DNA of 57,925 nt from a virus (IMGVR_UViG_3300009160_000051:1-57925), one strand, 5' to 3'. Positions 27,184-36,126 are shown, numbered from the stretch's first letter. Numbers and translations: made by a program. Notes: generated by a model from the letters alone, not told the origin.

Positions 27184-27381
27184 ATGGATATCACTAAAGC
27201 AATCGAGATCATCAAGGAGTACGGCAATGGCATAGGTGAGACAGACATGCTATGCATTCTGAATGCAATGCTAGATGACGAGGACATCTCTAACAGGGAT
27301 CGTGCTGCAAGGAACCTGTTTATGCACGAAGGTCGGAAGATGTTTGAATCTGTGAAAATTAAACTGGAGGTTGGTGTATGA
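27184..27381 (+). CDS. hypothetical early protein
   Basis: RBS GGAGG, coupled operon. Confidence 0.6.
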   Translation: MDITKAIEIIKEYGNGIGETDMLCILNAMLDDEDISNRDRAARNLFMHEGRKMFESVKIKLEVGV

Positions 27382-27572
27382 AAATCACAATCACAATCGA
27401 GCAATACAATGCCATCAGTCAACTGAAACAGTTTGCCCAGTGGTACATCGATGAGCACGAAGGTGCATCAGGTAGCCGTGAATCCATCGAGCAATGGGAA
27501 ACGGACAGGGATGAGGTTGAGAGGGGCATCAAGGCTCTCGATGAAATCGATTCCATGTTGCAGTACTCATGA
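27378..27572 (+). CDS. hypothetical early protein
   Basis: RBS GGAGG, ATGA overlap. Confidence 0.6.
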   Translation: MKITITIEQYNAISQLKQFAQWYIDEHEGASGSRESIEQWETDRDEVERGIKALDEIDSMLQYS

Positions 27573-27991
27573 AGATTACACCAGTAGCACCCGTCTACCC
27601 TGTGTCCAAGTTCAATAGGCACAGGGAACAAGCAGTCTATGCACCTAAACCCAAGGAGAAAATTGTGCAATATATTACACATAATGAGGATGATTCCATC
27701 AACACAAACATGACCTGCCTACGAGGTCACATCACTACTAGCTACGCTAATCTAGTGGATGCATTCGGTGAGCCATTGAAGGAAGGCTTCGATGACTACA
27801 AGTCAGATGCCGAGTGGGTAGTGCAGTTTGAGGATGGTCTTGTGGCTACAATTTATAACTATAAAAATGGTATCAATTACTGTGGCTCAGAGCATGGCAC
27901 ACCTACACATCGGATCCATGATTGGAACATAGGTGGACATGATGTAGCCGTAGTTGCCTACATTATTGATGCACTGAAGGAGTTAGCATGA
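27569..27991 (+). CDS. hypothetical early protein
   Basis: Y..LV..FG.P...K...EW...TIYNYK...W.IGG; alternative GTG start near 27665 after AAGGAG. Confidence 0.65.
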   Translation: MKITPVAPVYPVSKFNRHREQAVYAPKPKEKIVQYITHNEDDSINTNMTCLRGHITTSYANLVDAFGEPLKEGFDDYKSDAEWVVQFEDGLVATIYNYKNGINYCGSEHGTPTHRIHDWNIGGHDVAVVAYIIDALKELA

Positions 27992-28224
27992 ATGCAACAC
28001 AATTATTTAAACAAGCCAAAAGCAAGGCGGATCAATTGCCTATGATAGTTAGAACACCATTGCTCATAAGCTCAGTAATGATGGCTGATGTGGCTCAGTG
28101 GGTATCAAATCAAGACTATTCGATGAGCCTTGGCTACAACGGAGATAAAGCCGTTGCCATCCTTAAAACAGCCAACGATGCAATTGACATGATTGGCAAC
28201 TACATGCGAGAGGAAATACTGTGA
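27988..28224 (+). CDS. hypothetical early protein
   Basis: RBS AAGGAG, ATGA overlap. Confidence 0.6.
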   Translation: MNATQLFKQAKSKADQLPMIVRTPLLISSVMMADVAQWVSNQDYSMSLGYNGDKAVAILKTANDAIDMIGNYMREEIL

Positions 28225-28355
28225 CCAAGCAAGAGTTAATCAAAATGATTAGGGAACTAATCGAACCTGAGACTACCCCTGACCCTGACAATATGTCAGA
28301 CGGGGAGTTGTTAGACATTATCTACGATCTTGTAAGAGCAGAGGAGGGAGTATGA
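28221..28355 (+). CDS. small early protein (44 aa, GTG start)
   Basis: GTGA and ATGA overlaps with both neighbours; RBS GAGG. Confidence 0.55.
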   Translation: MTKQELIKMIRELIEPETTPDPDNMSDGELLDIIYDLVRAEEGV

Positions 28356-28552
28356 AAGTCAGAGACTTAGTTAAGTTGCTATTCGATTGTGATCAAGAGA
28401 AGACAGTCTTCCTATGGGAAGATTCCTACATTAGTCAGATCTCCACAGTAGATGAACTCACAGATAGGGTAGACCTGCAGACAAACGATCTTGCTAAGCA
28501 CGATGAATGGCTAAAGCAAACCAACAAGGAAATCAGGGAGGGGAATGTATGA
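28352..28552 (+). CDS. hypothetical early protein
   Basis: RBS GGAGG, coupled. Confidence 0.6.
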   Translation: MKVRDLVKLLFDCDQEKTVFLWEDSYISQISTVDELTDRVDLQTNDLAKHDEWLKQTNKEIREGNV

Positions 28553-28719
28553 AAAATACAATCGATGAGTTAGTTGCTCACAGAAATACTGCACTTGAAG
28601 TACTAGCACAGATAGCAGATGACACAGAAGATGTAGCTAGAACAGGAGATCATGCCTTGTTCTATGAACGGATGGTAGCGAATCTTGAGAGTATCCGTAG
28701 TGTATTAGACACACAATAG
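28549..28719 (+). CDS. hypothetical early protein
   Basis: ATGA overlap, RBS GGAGG. Confidence 0.55.
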   Translation: MKNTIDELVAHRNTALEVLAQIADDTEDVARTGDHALFYERMVANLESIRSVLDTQ

Positions 28720-28727
28720 GAGGATGT

Positions 28728-29093
28728 ATGAAAGTATATGTATACCGCAACTTACACAAGGACTGTTGGTCAATCAAGGCACTCGAAGGTAACAACAAGG
28801 GCAAGGTCGTATACCATGCACAGACTGTGACCCTATCGAACTGCACATTCAAGGTGTCCAAGGCAGGCAGAGAGCGTGTGCTGCGGGACAAGCGTAAGAA
28901 TGTACATGCAGGTGTAGCAGGTGAACTAATCAGGGTCAACATTCCCCTTAGCTACATGCCACAGATGACTGCAGTTACCTACAATCCATACAAGTATGAA
29001 TCATTTGTCCGTAAGTACAACGACTTCATGCCAGTACACAATGCTAGTTGGGTATACATGGCAGATGACAAAAGTGTAGGGGCTATCCTGTAA
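28728..29093 (+). CDS. conserved-type phage hypothetical protein
   Basis: VYRNLHK.CWS...F.V...GR..V....RKNVHA...YNPY motif. Confidence 0.7.
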   Translation: MKVYVYRNLHKDCWSIKALEGNNKGKVVYHAQTVTLSNCTFKVSKAGRERVLRDKRKNVHAGVAGELIRVNIPLSYMPQMTAVTYNPYKYESFVRKYNDFMPVHNASWVYMADDKSVGAIL

Positions 29094-29096
29094 GGA

Positions 29097-29179
29097 TAAG
29101 GGTTTGTCCCTATTGACAGCAGTTTAATGTAGCTACGATACTAGCAAGGCTTTATGGTTCTAGTGTCGAATGTTCGACA
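29097..29179 (+). promoter_or_regulatory. composite early promoter P2
   Basis: TAAGGG-N4-TCCCTA/TTGACA-N18-GATACT, then TGTCGAATGTTCGACA 21 nt downstream. Confidence 0.8.
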
Positions 29180-29195
29180 GTACAAGGAGATCGTT

Positions 29196-29618
29196 ATGAA
29201 ATTATGCAAAGTAGAAGTGGAAGTACCAGCAGGTCAGTACATCTTAGGTGACCCATGCTATGCAGTACCTGATAGTGAATGGATGGAGTTGCTAGAGTCT
29301 TGTGATTACTTTGATAATCCTATTGGCAAAATTACAAGGCACGATAAATCTTACTATCGTATCGTGGCATTCAGTACCCGTTGGGGTGATGGTTGCTACG
29401 ATGGTACAGATGGCAACATGTACCCTGTAGATGCAGGCTTGATAGGTCTGGTGCCTGTAGAGCTATTGGGCAGTGATGTCCATAACTTAAGGGGTGACCT
29501 GTCTAAGATTGTCACATTCGATAAGCCGACTAAGTGTAGCACTGATGGTTCAGGCAAGCTACGCTTCGGTCACATCACAATCGACACAGATCCTGCAGAT
29601 GAGGAGGAAGAAGAATGA
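29196..29618 (+). CDS. hypothetical early protein
   Basis: RBS AAGGAG; GDPCY...T..GDG.Y...VDAGLIG motif. Confidence 0.7.
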   Translation: MKLCKVEVEVPAGQYILGDPCYAVPDSEWMELLESCDYFDNPIGKITRHDKSYYRIVAFSTRWGDGCYDGTDGNMYPVDAGLIGLVPVELLGSDVHNLRGDLSKIVTFDKPTKCSTDGSGKLRFGHITIDTDPADEEEEE

Positions 29619-29827
29619 AAGGGCTACGACTAACCATAGAGATAACAGCAGACGATGGTCTTGCATTAGGCGAAGCAATCCAAGCAGTGGTAGATAAGAT
29701 AGGCACAGGAACTACGGACACTGCAAGTGCAACAGATGAGTGGTTCTACAGATACACACTAGAAAATCATGGGAGTATTGATGAGAATGAGGCTCAGGAA
29801 ATTGATGATGCATCTTGGAGGGCATGA
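29615..29827 (+). CDS. hypothetical early protein
   Basis: ATGA overlap, RBS GAGG. Confidence 0.55.
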   Translation: MKGLRLTIEITADDGLALGEAIQAVVDKIGTGTTDTASATDEWFYRYTLENHGSIDENEAQEIDDASWRA

Positions 29828-29922
29828 TGAGTAGGCTAGAGATTGGATGCAGTCTGATCTTCACAGGAATGGCAATAAGTGCCTGCCTTATGGCACTGTA
29901 TGTGATGGTGTTCATGCTATGA
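29824..29922 (+). CDS. very small membrane protein (32 aa)
   Basis: MMSRLEIGCSLIFTGMAISACLMALYVMVFML; ATGA overlaps at both ends; RBS GGAGG. Confidence 0.5.
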   Translation: MMSRLEIGCSLIFTGMAISACLMALYVMVFML

Positions 29923-30095
29923 AAAAAGATATTTGGTTAGTTGCAATGATAGTTTTATTCGGTATGACAATTCTGATTGGCGGTTTAACTGTAGGTTACA
30001 CAATAGGAGAATTACTATGGACAGCACAAGATCTACCAGAGGTAGCACAGACACTCAAATGTACGGATGTACCGAGGTTCAAGTGCATGGCATGA
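29919..30095 (+). CDS. small membrane protein
   Basis: Hydrophobic N-terminal helix, ATGA overlaps. Confidence 0.5.
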   Translation: MKKDIWLVAMIVLFGMTILIGGLTVGYTIGELLWTAQDLPEVAQTLKCTDVPRFKCMA

Positions 30096-30286
30096 TTGAG
30101 AACAACCTGTATGCCAAGCTACTAGGCAAGGATGCAGGTGACCTGATGCTAGCGATGAGCATACTCAGTGATGCACAGGAAGTAATGGCACATGGTGATA
30201 CCGAATGTGCAAGACAGTTTATTAACAAGTCGAAGTACATCTTGAGTGAATGTATGGACAGATTAAATGAGAGGGATAAGTCATGA
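30092..30286 (+). CDS. hypothetical early protein
   Basis: MSILSDAQE...ARQFIN..KY motif. Confidence 0.6.
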   Translation: MIENNLYAKLLGKDAGDLMLAMSILSDAQEVMAHGDTECARQFINKSKYILSECMDRLNERDKS

Positions 30287-30510
30287 GCAGAGAGATACAT
30301 TTTAATGGTCGTAAGCCAAGCAAGCAACAGGTAATGAAGCATGTCCGTAAGCTAGTGCAAGAAGGCTGGTATCACATCGAAGTATTTTGGGGTGAGAATT
30401 GGATAGAGCTTGAGAATATTAATGGTGACTGGTATGGCAGTGGATGGATCAGGGACATCTCTGGTCAGGACATAGCTAGGTTTGAATTGAATGAACGGAG
30501 GGTAGCATAA
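30283..30510 (+). CDS. hypothetical early protein
   Basis: GRKPS...WGENWI.L...W.G.GWI. Confidence 0.6.
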   Translation: MSREIHFNGRKPSKQQVMKHVRKLVQEGWYHIEVFWGENWIELENINGDWYGSGWIRDISGQDIARFELNERRVA

Positions 30511-30827
30511 TGGGTACATATGTATACAGAGTGACAGGTGTCAAGGTTAAGTGTAGCGATGGAGTGCTAGCTAATGTAGCTAAGTTTGCATACAAACCAT
30601 ACTGGGGTATGGGTTCTAATGTAGCTAACGCAAAGCTACACTTCAGGTCTGGTGCTACATCAAGTGATGCACAAGCATGGAAGGGCAAGATCACTGAGCG
30701 ATTCGTGATAGAAGATACAGTGTATCTGAATACAAGTAGACGAGGTACATTCTATGATGACTACCTAGGTTCCGATCAATACCCAGTACTCAAGGGTGTA
30801 ACAGTAGAGGAGAATGTAAATGGATGA
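30510..30827 (+). CDS. hypothetical early protein
   Basis: RBS GGAGG, TAATG overlap. Confidence 0.6.
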   Translation: MGTYVYRVTGVKVKCSDGVLANVAKFAYKPYWGMGSNVANAKLHFRSGATSSDAQAWKGKITERFVIEDTVYLNTSRRGTFYDDYLGSDQYPVLKGVTVEENVNG

Positions 30828-31101
30828 GCTAACACTCAAAGCAAACATGGCTATGGCATGGCAGTACGATGGCAGTGATGACTGGTGGCATGCAGTCACA
30901 GTCGATGGGGTTACATGGGACATCAATGTATGGGATGCCTGTGTGTATGGAGATGAGGAGCGATCAGGATTACAGATGACTGCATACCCCCTTACTACAG
31001 AGGGTACGACAGACACAATGAATTACATTCCATTGGAAATTAGTAGTATCACTATGAAAATTTCCCAGCTAAAACAAAAGGTTAAGGAGCTAGTGCAATG
31101 A
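30820..31101 (+). CDS. hypothetical early protein
   Basis: RBS GAGGAG, coupled. Confidence 0.55.
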   Translation: MDELTLKANMAMAWQYDGSDDWWHAVTVDGVTWDINVWDACVYGDEERSGLQMTAYPLTTEGTTDTMNYIPLEISSITMKISQLKQKVKELVQ

Positions 31102-31316
31102 GAACAGATCTATGCATATCGCATGACGATAACGATGGCATACACTACATCAACTTTGATCGCATCATAGGTGATGGGTTAGGTGTCGAGACAGGTGGGT
31201 ACATCTCGGTAAGGCAAGATGCAGATGGCAATGTGTATGTCATTTGCATTGACACAGAAGGTGATCTACTAGCAGAGGTAGCACTTCCAGTCAACGCTTT
31301 AATAGGAGGTAAGTAA
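31098..31316 (+). CDS. hypothetical early protein
   Basis: RBS AAGGAG, coupled. Confidence 0.55.
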   Translation: MRTDLCISHDDNDGIHYINFDRIIGDGLGVETGGYISVRQDADGNVYVICIDTEGDLLAEVALPVNALIGGK

Positions 31317-31504
31317 TGAGCAAGCAAGTATTGTGGGTAATTAAAGAGAAGCATACGGATCACATCTTCCCAACACTTAAGGAAGCTAGAGCTTCTACTG
31401 TAGGATTTGATGACTGGGTACATACTAGTACTAACATCCGTATCATTTCCCGTGTAGTACTAGATAGATTTCGTAAACGTAAACAGAAAGGAACTAATGG
31501 ATGA
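31316..31504 (+). CDS. hypothetical early protein
   Basis: RBS AGGAGG, coupled. Confidence 0.55.
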   Translation: MSKQVLWVIKEKHTDHIFPTLKEARASTVGFDDWVHTSTNIRIISRVVLDRFRKRKQKGTNG

Positions 31505-31967
31505 TGCACTTGAAGTGGTAATCCCTAATCACCCCCAAGCTAGGGAGCGTAACAAGTTTGGTGCTCCAGTTGATATCAAGACACATGACTGGGTACATAC
31601 CAACATAAAGTTTGTAGGTACAGCACAGCAGTATGCTACTATATATACTGCATTCAAAGGTACTAGCCCATTCACTAGCCTAGGATACAAGGCACAGGCT
31701 GATTGCCCCACTCATACCATCAGTAGATGGTCAGTAAGGGAATGTCCTGTAGCTAAGTACGATGGGGATAGTTTGTGGGTAGCATTGGAATCAAGGGGTA
31801 GTACACCCTATGTATTCCTGCAGCATGTAGCAGACACACAAAGTATTACAGTTGTAGGTACACATTTACCTGTGTATTCAATGAAGTGGAAGCAAACGAT
31901 TTATACTAAGGGTAATCCCCCATTGACAAAGCAATATGGGAAGCCTGATACTAGCAGTGCAATTTAA
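31497..31967 (+). CDS. hypothetical early protein
   Basis: 156 aa ORF in the operon. Confidence 0.55.
   Translation: MDDALEVVIPNHPQARERNKFGAPVDIKTHDWVHTNIKFVGTAQQYATIYTAFKGTSPFTSLGYKAQADCPTHTISRWSVRECPVAKYDGDSLWVALESRGSTPYVFLQHVADTQSITVVGTHLPVYSMKWKQTIYTKGNPPLTKQYGKPDTSSAI
31907..31952 (+). promoter_or_regulatory. composite early promoter P3
   Basis: TAAGGG-N4-CCCCCA/TTGACA-N18-GATACT inside the 3' end of 31497..31967. Confidence 0.75.
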
Positions 31968-31998
31968 TTTCAACCATACATATCTATAAGGAAATAAT

Positions 31999-32874
31999 AT
32001 GTTAATCAAATCAGCAAACGGCATTCCATCTTTACCTGAGTTCTTGGATTTCAATCCAGTGCGTGAGCAACAAACTCGCAATGGTATTGCAGTACCTAAC
32101 AAGTTTTGGACAATCAACCCACTCACTGACACAGTCATCGGAGATGGTAAGTCTGTGCATAACCCAAAGAACTTCCGTGTTGTATGGGATAACATGCGTG
32201 AAGGCTTAGCGATTGCTAAGTTAGACACAAGCAATGTGGATGTAGAGTTCAATGCCATGAACAATGGTGCTGCATTCTCAGCCAAGATTATTCTCAAGCA
32301 ATACAACTTCGAGAAGAAGTTAGGTGAGCCTGCAAAGATGGTGATGCATGTTCGTGACTCACATGACCAGTCAGTCAAGATGCAGATCAGTGCAATGATC
32401 TATCGCTTAGCTTGCTTGAATGGAATGATTGCTCCTCGTGAGAAGGTAGGTATCTCACAGAAGCACACTACATTCTATGACCCAGAGGTGATCGGTAAGG
32501 TAGCATCACAGTTCCCTGAGCGATTAGAGCGTGATGCAGAGGTGATGTATCAGATGCAAGGCATCAAAGTTAATCGTGACTTTGCATTGGACTTCTTCCG
32601 TAGGAATGTAGCTACCTACATGACCAAGACAGGTCAGAAGGTAAACAACAAATGGCTTGAGCGTATCATCGGTATCTACGATAGCTACGACACAATGCGT
32701 GGTACTGCATACCAAGTGTACAACACACTGACACACATCAGTACTCACGTTGAAGCACAGCGTGATGGTACCGAGGTGGAGCGTAAGCGTATCCGTATTG
32801 AACAGGACATCGAGTCTGTCATTCAGGGTGCTGAATTCCAGCAGTTGATTACCCCTGAGTTAGAGTACGCTTAA
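31999..32874 (+). CDS. DUF932-family protein
   Basis: DSHDQS...RLACLNGM...KHT...GTAYQVYN.LT....H motifs. Confidence 0.75.
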   Translation: MLIKSANGIPSLPEFLDFNPVREQQTRNGIAVPNKFWTINPLTDTVIGDGKSVHNPKNFRVVWDNMREGLAIAKLDTSNVDVEFNAMNNGAAFSAKIILKQYNFEKKLGEPAKMVMHVRDSHDQSVKMQISAMIYRLACLNGMIAPREKVGISQKHTTFYDPEVIGKVASQFPERLERDAEVMYQMQGIKVNRDFALDFFRRNVATYMTKTGQKVNNKWLERIIGIYDSYDTMRGTAYQVYNTLTHISTHVEAQRDGTEVERKRIRIEQDIESVIQGAEFQQLITPELEYA

Positions 32875-32879
32875 TGATA

Positions 32880-32906
32880 GGGGAGGGTAACACCTCCCTT
32901 ATTTTT
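32880..32906 (+). terminator. rho-independent terminator
   Basis: GGGAGG-GTAACA-CCTCCC followed by TTATTTTT. Confidence 0.75.
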
Positions 32907-32931
32907 CTTCAATGAAATCAAGGAGTTACGA

Positions 32932-33279
32932 GTGAAAAAAGTTAAGGATTCATGCACATTAACAGATAGAATAGAGCAATTTGCAGCTAAGAAATACATA
33001 GCTATCAAAGATAAGTACGATGTAGAAGATGGTATACAAAGTATACGCAATACAATCGATGATCTAAATTCATTCATTGATCTGTATGTGGACTCACCTA
33101 CTGTACTCACAGAGGATGAGGTGTGGAACTACCTAGAGGGTATCAAGTCCGTGCTCACACTGCGAGTAGAGCAGCTATGGAATGCATATATACAGCGTGA
33201 ACACTTGGATGGATACGGTGACATAGATGAAGTGATGGCATGCAAGGCACTACCACAGAAGAAAGCTAAAAAGAAATGA
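32932..33279 (+). CDS. hypothetical protein
   Basis: RBS AAGGAG, GTG start. Confidence 0.55.
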   Translation: MKKVKDSCTLTDRIEQFAAKKYIAIKDKYDVEDGIQSIRNTIDDLNSFIDLYVDSPTVLTEDEVWNYLEGIKSVLTLRVEQLWNAYIQREHLDGYGDIDEVMACKALPQKKAKKK

Positions 33280-33491
33280 ACATCACCATCAAGGTAACTA
33301 AAGAACATAAGGATGGATCTGCTGATGCACAGGTAACCTTTGACAAGGAAGCACTAGAGTACATGGTTGAGTATGCAGTAGTAGGTATGCTCAAGGAATA
33401 CTGTGACAAGAAAGAGAAGGAATGGAAACCCGATGCCGAAACAAAGCCAACAAGAAAAACCAGCACCAAGAAAGTACATCGAGGGACATGA
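33276..33491 (+). CDS. hypothetical protein
   Basis: KEHKDGSAD motif, ATGA overlap. Confidence 0.55.
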   Translation: MNITIKVTKEHKDGSADAQVTFDKEALEYMVEYAVVGMLKEYCDKKEKEWKPDAETKPTRKTSTKKVHRGT

Positions 33492-33627
33492 CATGTCTCT
33501 TGAGGAGGTAGCTCAAGTGTTTGGTGTGCATAGGAACAGCATACACGACACAGAGAAACGAGCACTTCGTAAGTTCAAGGCAGGCATAGAAGCACGAGGG
33601 TACAAGCTAGAGGATTTCTTTAGATGA
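33433..33627 (+). CDS. small sigma70 region-4-like HTH protein
   Basis: MSLEEVAQVFGVHRNSIHDTEKRALRKFK resembles TL.EVG..F.VTRERIRQIE.KALRKL. Confidence 0.7.
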   Translation: MPKQSQQEKPAPRKYIEGHDMSLEEVAQVFGVHRNSIHDTEKRALRKFKAGIEARGYKLEDFFR

Positions 33628-33842
33628 GTTGGCTAGTAAAGAGTCTCTTGATTTTTGTGTTTGCATTTGGGATTTTAGTGGGACATACGATGGGTAGGAT
33701 GGAGTGGTCACACTCAGAATGTAATGACATCCCAGATCATACGGCTTGGCTGTCAGTACGGGATGGTATCTATAGATGTTTTTGGATTCAGAATAGCTAC
33801 CCGTGGAGGGTTAAACTACAAGGAGTTATTGATGTCAGATAA
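33624..33842 (+). CDS. small membrane-anchored protein
   Basis: N-terminal hydrophobic helix. Confidence 0.5.
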   Translation: MSWLVKSLLIFVFAFGILVGHTMGRMEWSHSECNDIPDHTAWLSVRDGIYRCFWIQNSYPWRVKLQGVIDVR

Positions 33843-34197
33843 TGTTGGGGATATTAACAGTGATGCCAAGGGTACTGGTGCTAGGTACATCAGTGGCAAG
33901 GCAGACCTTAGTCTCATACCTCTGAGTACATTAGAGGAAGAGGCAAGGGTATGGATGTATGGTACTAAGAAGTACAAGGCATTCAACTGGATGAAGGGTA
34001 TGCCTTGGTCTGTGCCGCTTGGCTGTGCGTTAAGGCACATAGCTGCATGGCAGGAAGGCGAGGACCTAGACCAAGAGTCTGGACACCATCACCTTGCACA
34101 TGCAATGTGTAACCTGCGTATGCTCATGCTATACAGCAAAGCCTACAAGGAAGGCGATGACAGACCTCCGAAGGAATACTTTAGTGAAGGCAGTTAA
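33832..34197 (+). CDS. dATP/dGTP diphosphohydrolase-domain protein (DUF5664-like)
   Basis: G.R...GK..LSLIP...V..YG..KY...NW.KG...RH..AW..GE.LD.ESG..HLAHA.CN. Confidence 0.8.
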   Translation: MSDNVGDINSDAKGTGARYISGKADLSLIPLSTLEEEARVWMYGTKKYKAFNWMKGMPWSVPLGCALRHIAAWQEGEDLDQESGHHHLAHAMCNLRMLMLYSKAYKEGDDRPPKEYFSEGS

Positions 34198-34399
34198 GTG
34201 GATAGGAACTATACTGTGCTTGACTGGTATATGTCTAACCAGTTTTAACGTGTACCCACTCAACATATTCCTAAGCCTGATTGGTAGTGGGCTATGGACA
34301 TGGGCAGGGTACATGCAGAAAGATATGCCACTCATCTTGGTCGAAGCAGTGGCTGTAGTTTTATACACAACAGGAGCAATTACATGGATGATGCAATGA
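34184..34399 (+). CDS. small multi-pass membrane protein
   Basis: KW.GT......LTS.N.YP.N...W pattern, three hydrophobic stretches. Confidence 0.6.
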   Translation: MKAVKWIGTILCLTGICLTSFNVYPLNIFLSLIGSGLWTWAGYMQKDMPLILVEAVAVVLYTTGAITWMMQ

Positions 34400-34602
34400 A
34401 GGATGCAATGAAGCTAACTAAGATGCCACAGTTTGTACCACCTAAGCCTAAGCGTACTAAGCCCAAGGCAGAGGAGCCAGTGGTAGTCAAGGACTATGTA
34501 GCACTAACAGATGAGCAGATTGAATCCTGCCGTAAGGGTCAGGACATCTTTGACTTTGCTCGTGACATTGAAGAACTAGTACGACTTAACAATCAGATAT
34601 AG
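34396..34602 (+). CDS. hypothetical protein
   Basis: LTDEQI...FARDIE motif. Confidence 0.55.
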   Translation: MKDAMKLTKMPQFVPPKPKRTKPKAEEPVVVKDYVALTDEQIESCRKGQDIFDFARDIEELVRLNNQI

Positions 34603-34605
34603 GAG

Positions 34606-34890
34606 ATGCATATGAAATATACTTTTGACTTAGTACCAGAGCAGTTAGATGAGATCCTTATTACCAATCTTAAACAGATGTATGAGTACTGCATCAAATC
34701 AATCCTCCATGCAGAGCATCGTCACCATGAAGACCTTGAAGAACTATTCAAAAGATACGATGCCATGAATGTTATCCTTGAGTACTACATGATCTACAAA
34801 GACTGGGTAAAGTACACAAGAGAATGGCAAGATGCGATCACAAAGGTAAGGGATGAATTCTATGCGAACAAAGATAGCAAAACTGATTGA
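34606..34890 (+). CDS. hypothetical protein
   Basis: RBS AGGAG. Confidence 0.55.
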   Translation: MHMKYTFDLVPEQLDEILITNLKQMYEYCIKSILHAEHRHHEDLEELFKRYDAMNVILEYYMIYKDWVKYTREWQDAITKVRDEFYANKDSKTD

Positions 34891-35767
34891 TGAGTACTAC
34901 GAATCACTAGACTTTAGATCACTAGCACCAGTAACACAGAAGGACTATCGTTACTGTATCAACACCCTGCTTGCTACATCTGTACGTGGTAAGCTAATCT
35001 CCACGATGTACCTTGAATCCTTAGATACCCCTCGTGCTCAGGCTGCTTACAACAGATGGGCTGAGAGGGGTGTTCCCTTTGCTAACCACACTCATGCTGT
35101 ATCCAGTAAGCTGTACAACTTTGGAATACAGCTAGGCTATACACAGATCAATCCGTTCAGCAAGGTATCTAAACACGCTCACAGGGCACGTAAGGTGGTG
35201 TGGACAAGGGAGCATATCAAGTTGTTCTTGGACACCGCCTATGGACGTTTTAGATGGCGTAGCGTGGGTCTTATAGTACAGATGGCATACGAGTGGTGCC
35301 AGAGGCTAGGCGATATGGCTAACCTGCAATGGGATAACTACGATGCACAGGCTAGGGTCTTATACCTAGAACAGTCTAAGCGTAGGGCTAAGGTTGAGTT
35401 ACCTACAACAGATGAGTTGCATGAGATGTTAATGCAGCAGAAGGATGACGTAGACTTTCAGTCTTACATTGCACCGTACTGTATGGACAGAAGGATAGTA
35501 GCTAAGCCTTATGACAAGCACCAGTTATCACAGGTAGCTAGGCAGATCATCAAGGCTGCAGGTTTGCCTAATGAGCTACAGATCATGGACATGAGACGTA
35601 CTGGTACGATGGAGATGGTAGATGCCGGAGTACCCTTGCCTCAGATCATGAGTATTACTGGGCACAGTTGTCCTAGCTCAGTAAGACCTTACATAAAAAA
35701 TACATTGACAAGTGCAAGAAAAGCTGCTAAGCTTCGCTTTACTACACCCGCCAGTGATACAGTATAA
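34853..35767 (+). CDS. int: tyrosine recombinase / integrase
   Basis: Catalytic R (QRLGD), K (QSKR), DMRRTG, TGH, Y (VRPY). Confidence 0.9.
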   Translation: MNSMRTKIAKLIDEYYESLDFRSLAPVTQKDYRYCINTLLATSVRGKLISTMYLESLDTPRAQAAYNRWAERGVPFANHTHAVSSKLYNFGIQLGYTQINPFSKVSKHAHRARKVVWTREHIKLFLDTAYGRFRWRSVGLIVQMAYEWCQRLGDMANLQWDNYDAQARVLYLEQSKRRAKVELPTTDELHEMLMQQKDDVDFQSYIAPYCMDRRIVAKPYDKHQLSQVARQIIKAAGLPNELQIMDMRRTGTMEMVDAGVPLPQIMSITGHSCPSSVRPYIKNTLTSARKAAKLRFTTPASDTV

Positions 35768-35777
35768 GGATACTGAT

Positions 35778-35903
35778 ATGAGTTTCAAAGTCTATACACA
35801 TGATGGTAAGGCACCACACGAGGCTTGGTTCTTTACAATAGATCAGCTACTCAAGAGTATGCTATCTAATCCTACTCACACCTACCATAGGATAAACAAA
35901 TGA
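35778..35903 (+). CDS. small hypothetical protein
   Basis: RBS AAGGA before MSFKVY. Confidence 0.5.
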   Translation: MSFKVYTHDGKAPHEAWFFTIDQLLKSMLSNPTHTYHRINK

Positions 35904-35904
35904 C

Positions 35905-36126
35905 ATGGCATGGAAGTGTCCACCCCTACACCTAACTAACTGGAATAACTTTTGGAAATGGAAAGAACAGATGAATGCAAATGAACTAGCAAATTTATTA
36001 GAGACGGACTGTTGGTACAAACTAATTACAAGAGAAGAGATAGCTACCATGCTACGCAAACAACATGAAGAGATTGAGTACTGGAAACGGATGTTTGATA
36101 AGGCTATGGAGGCACAAGAGAAATGA
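35905..36126 (+). CDS. hypothetical protein
   Basis: MNANELA...ATMLRKQ..EIE coiled segment. Confidence 0.55.
   Translation: MAWKCPPLHLTNWNNFWKWKEQMNANELANLLETDCWYKLITREEIATMLRKQHEEIEYWKRMFDKAMEAQEK

Noticed and set aside
33832-34197. 2-aminoadenine (Z-genome) pathway suggested by the dATP/dGTP diphosphohydrolase domain
   Set aside because: No purZ-like or HD-family dATPase gene is visible; the domain is common in phages on its own
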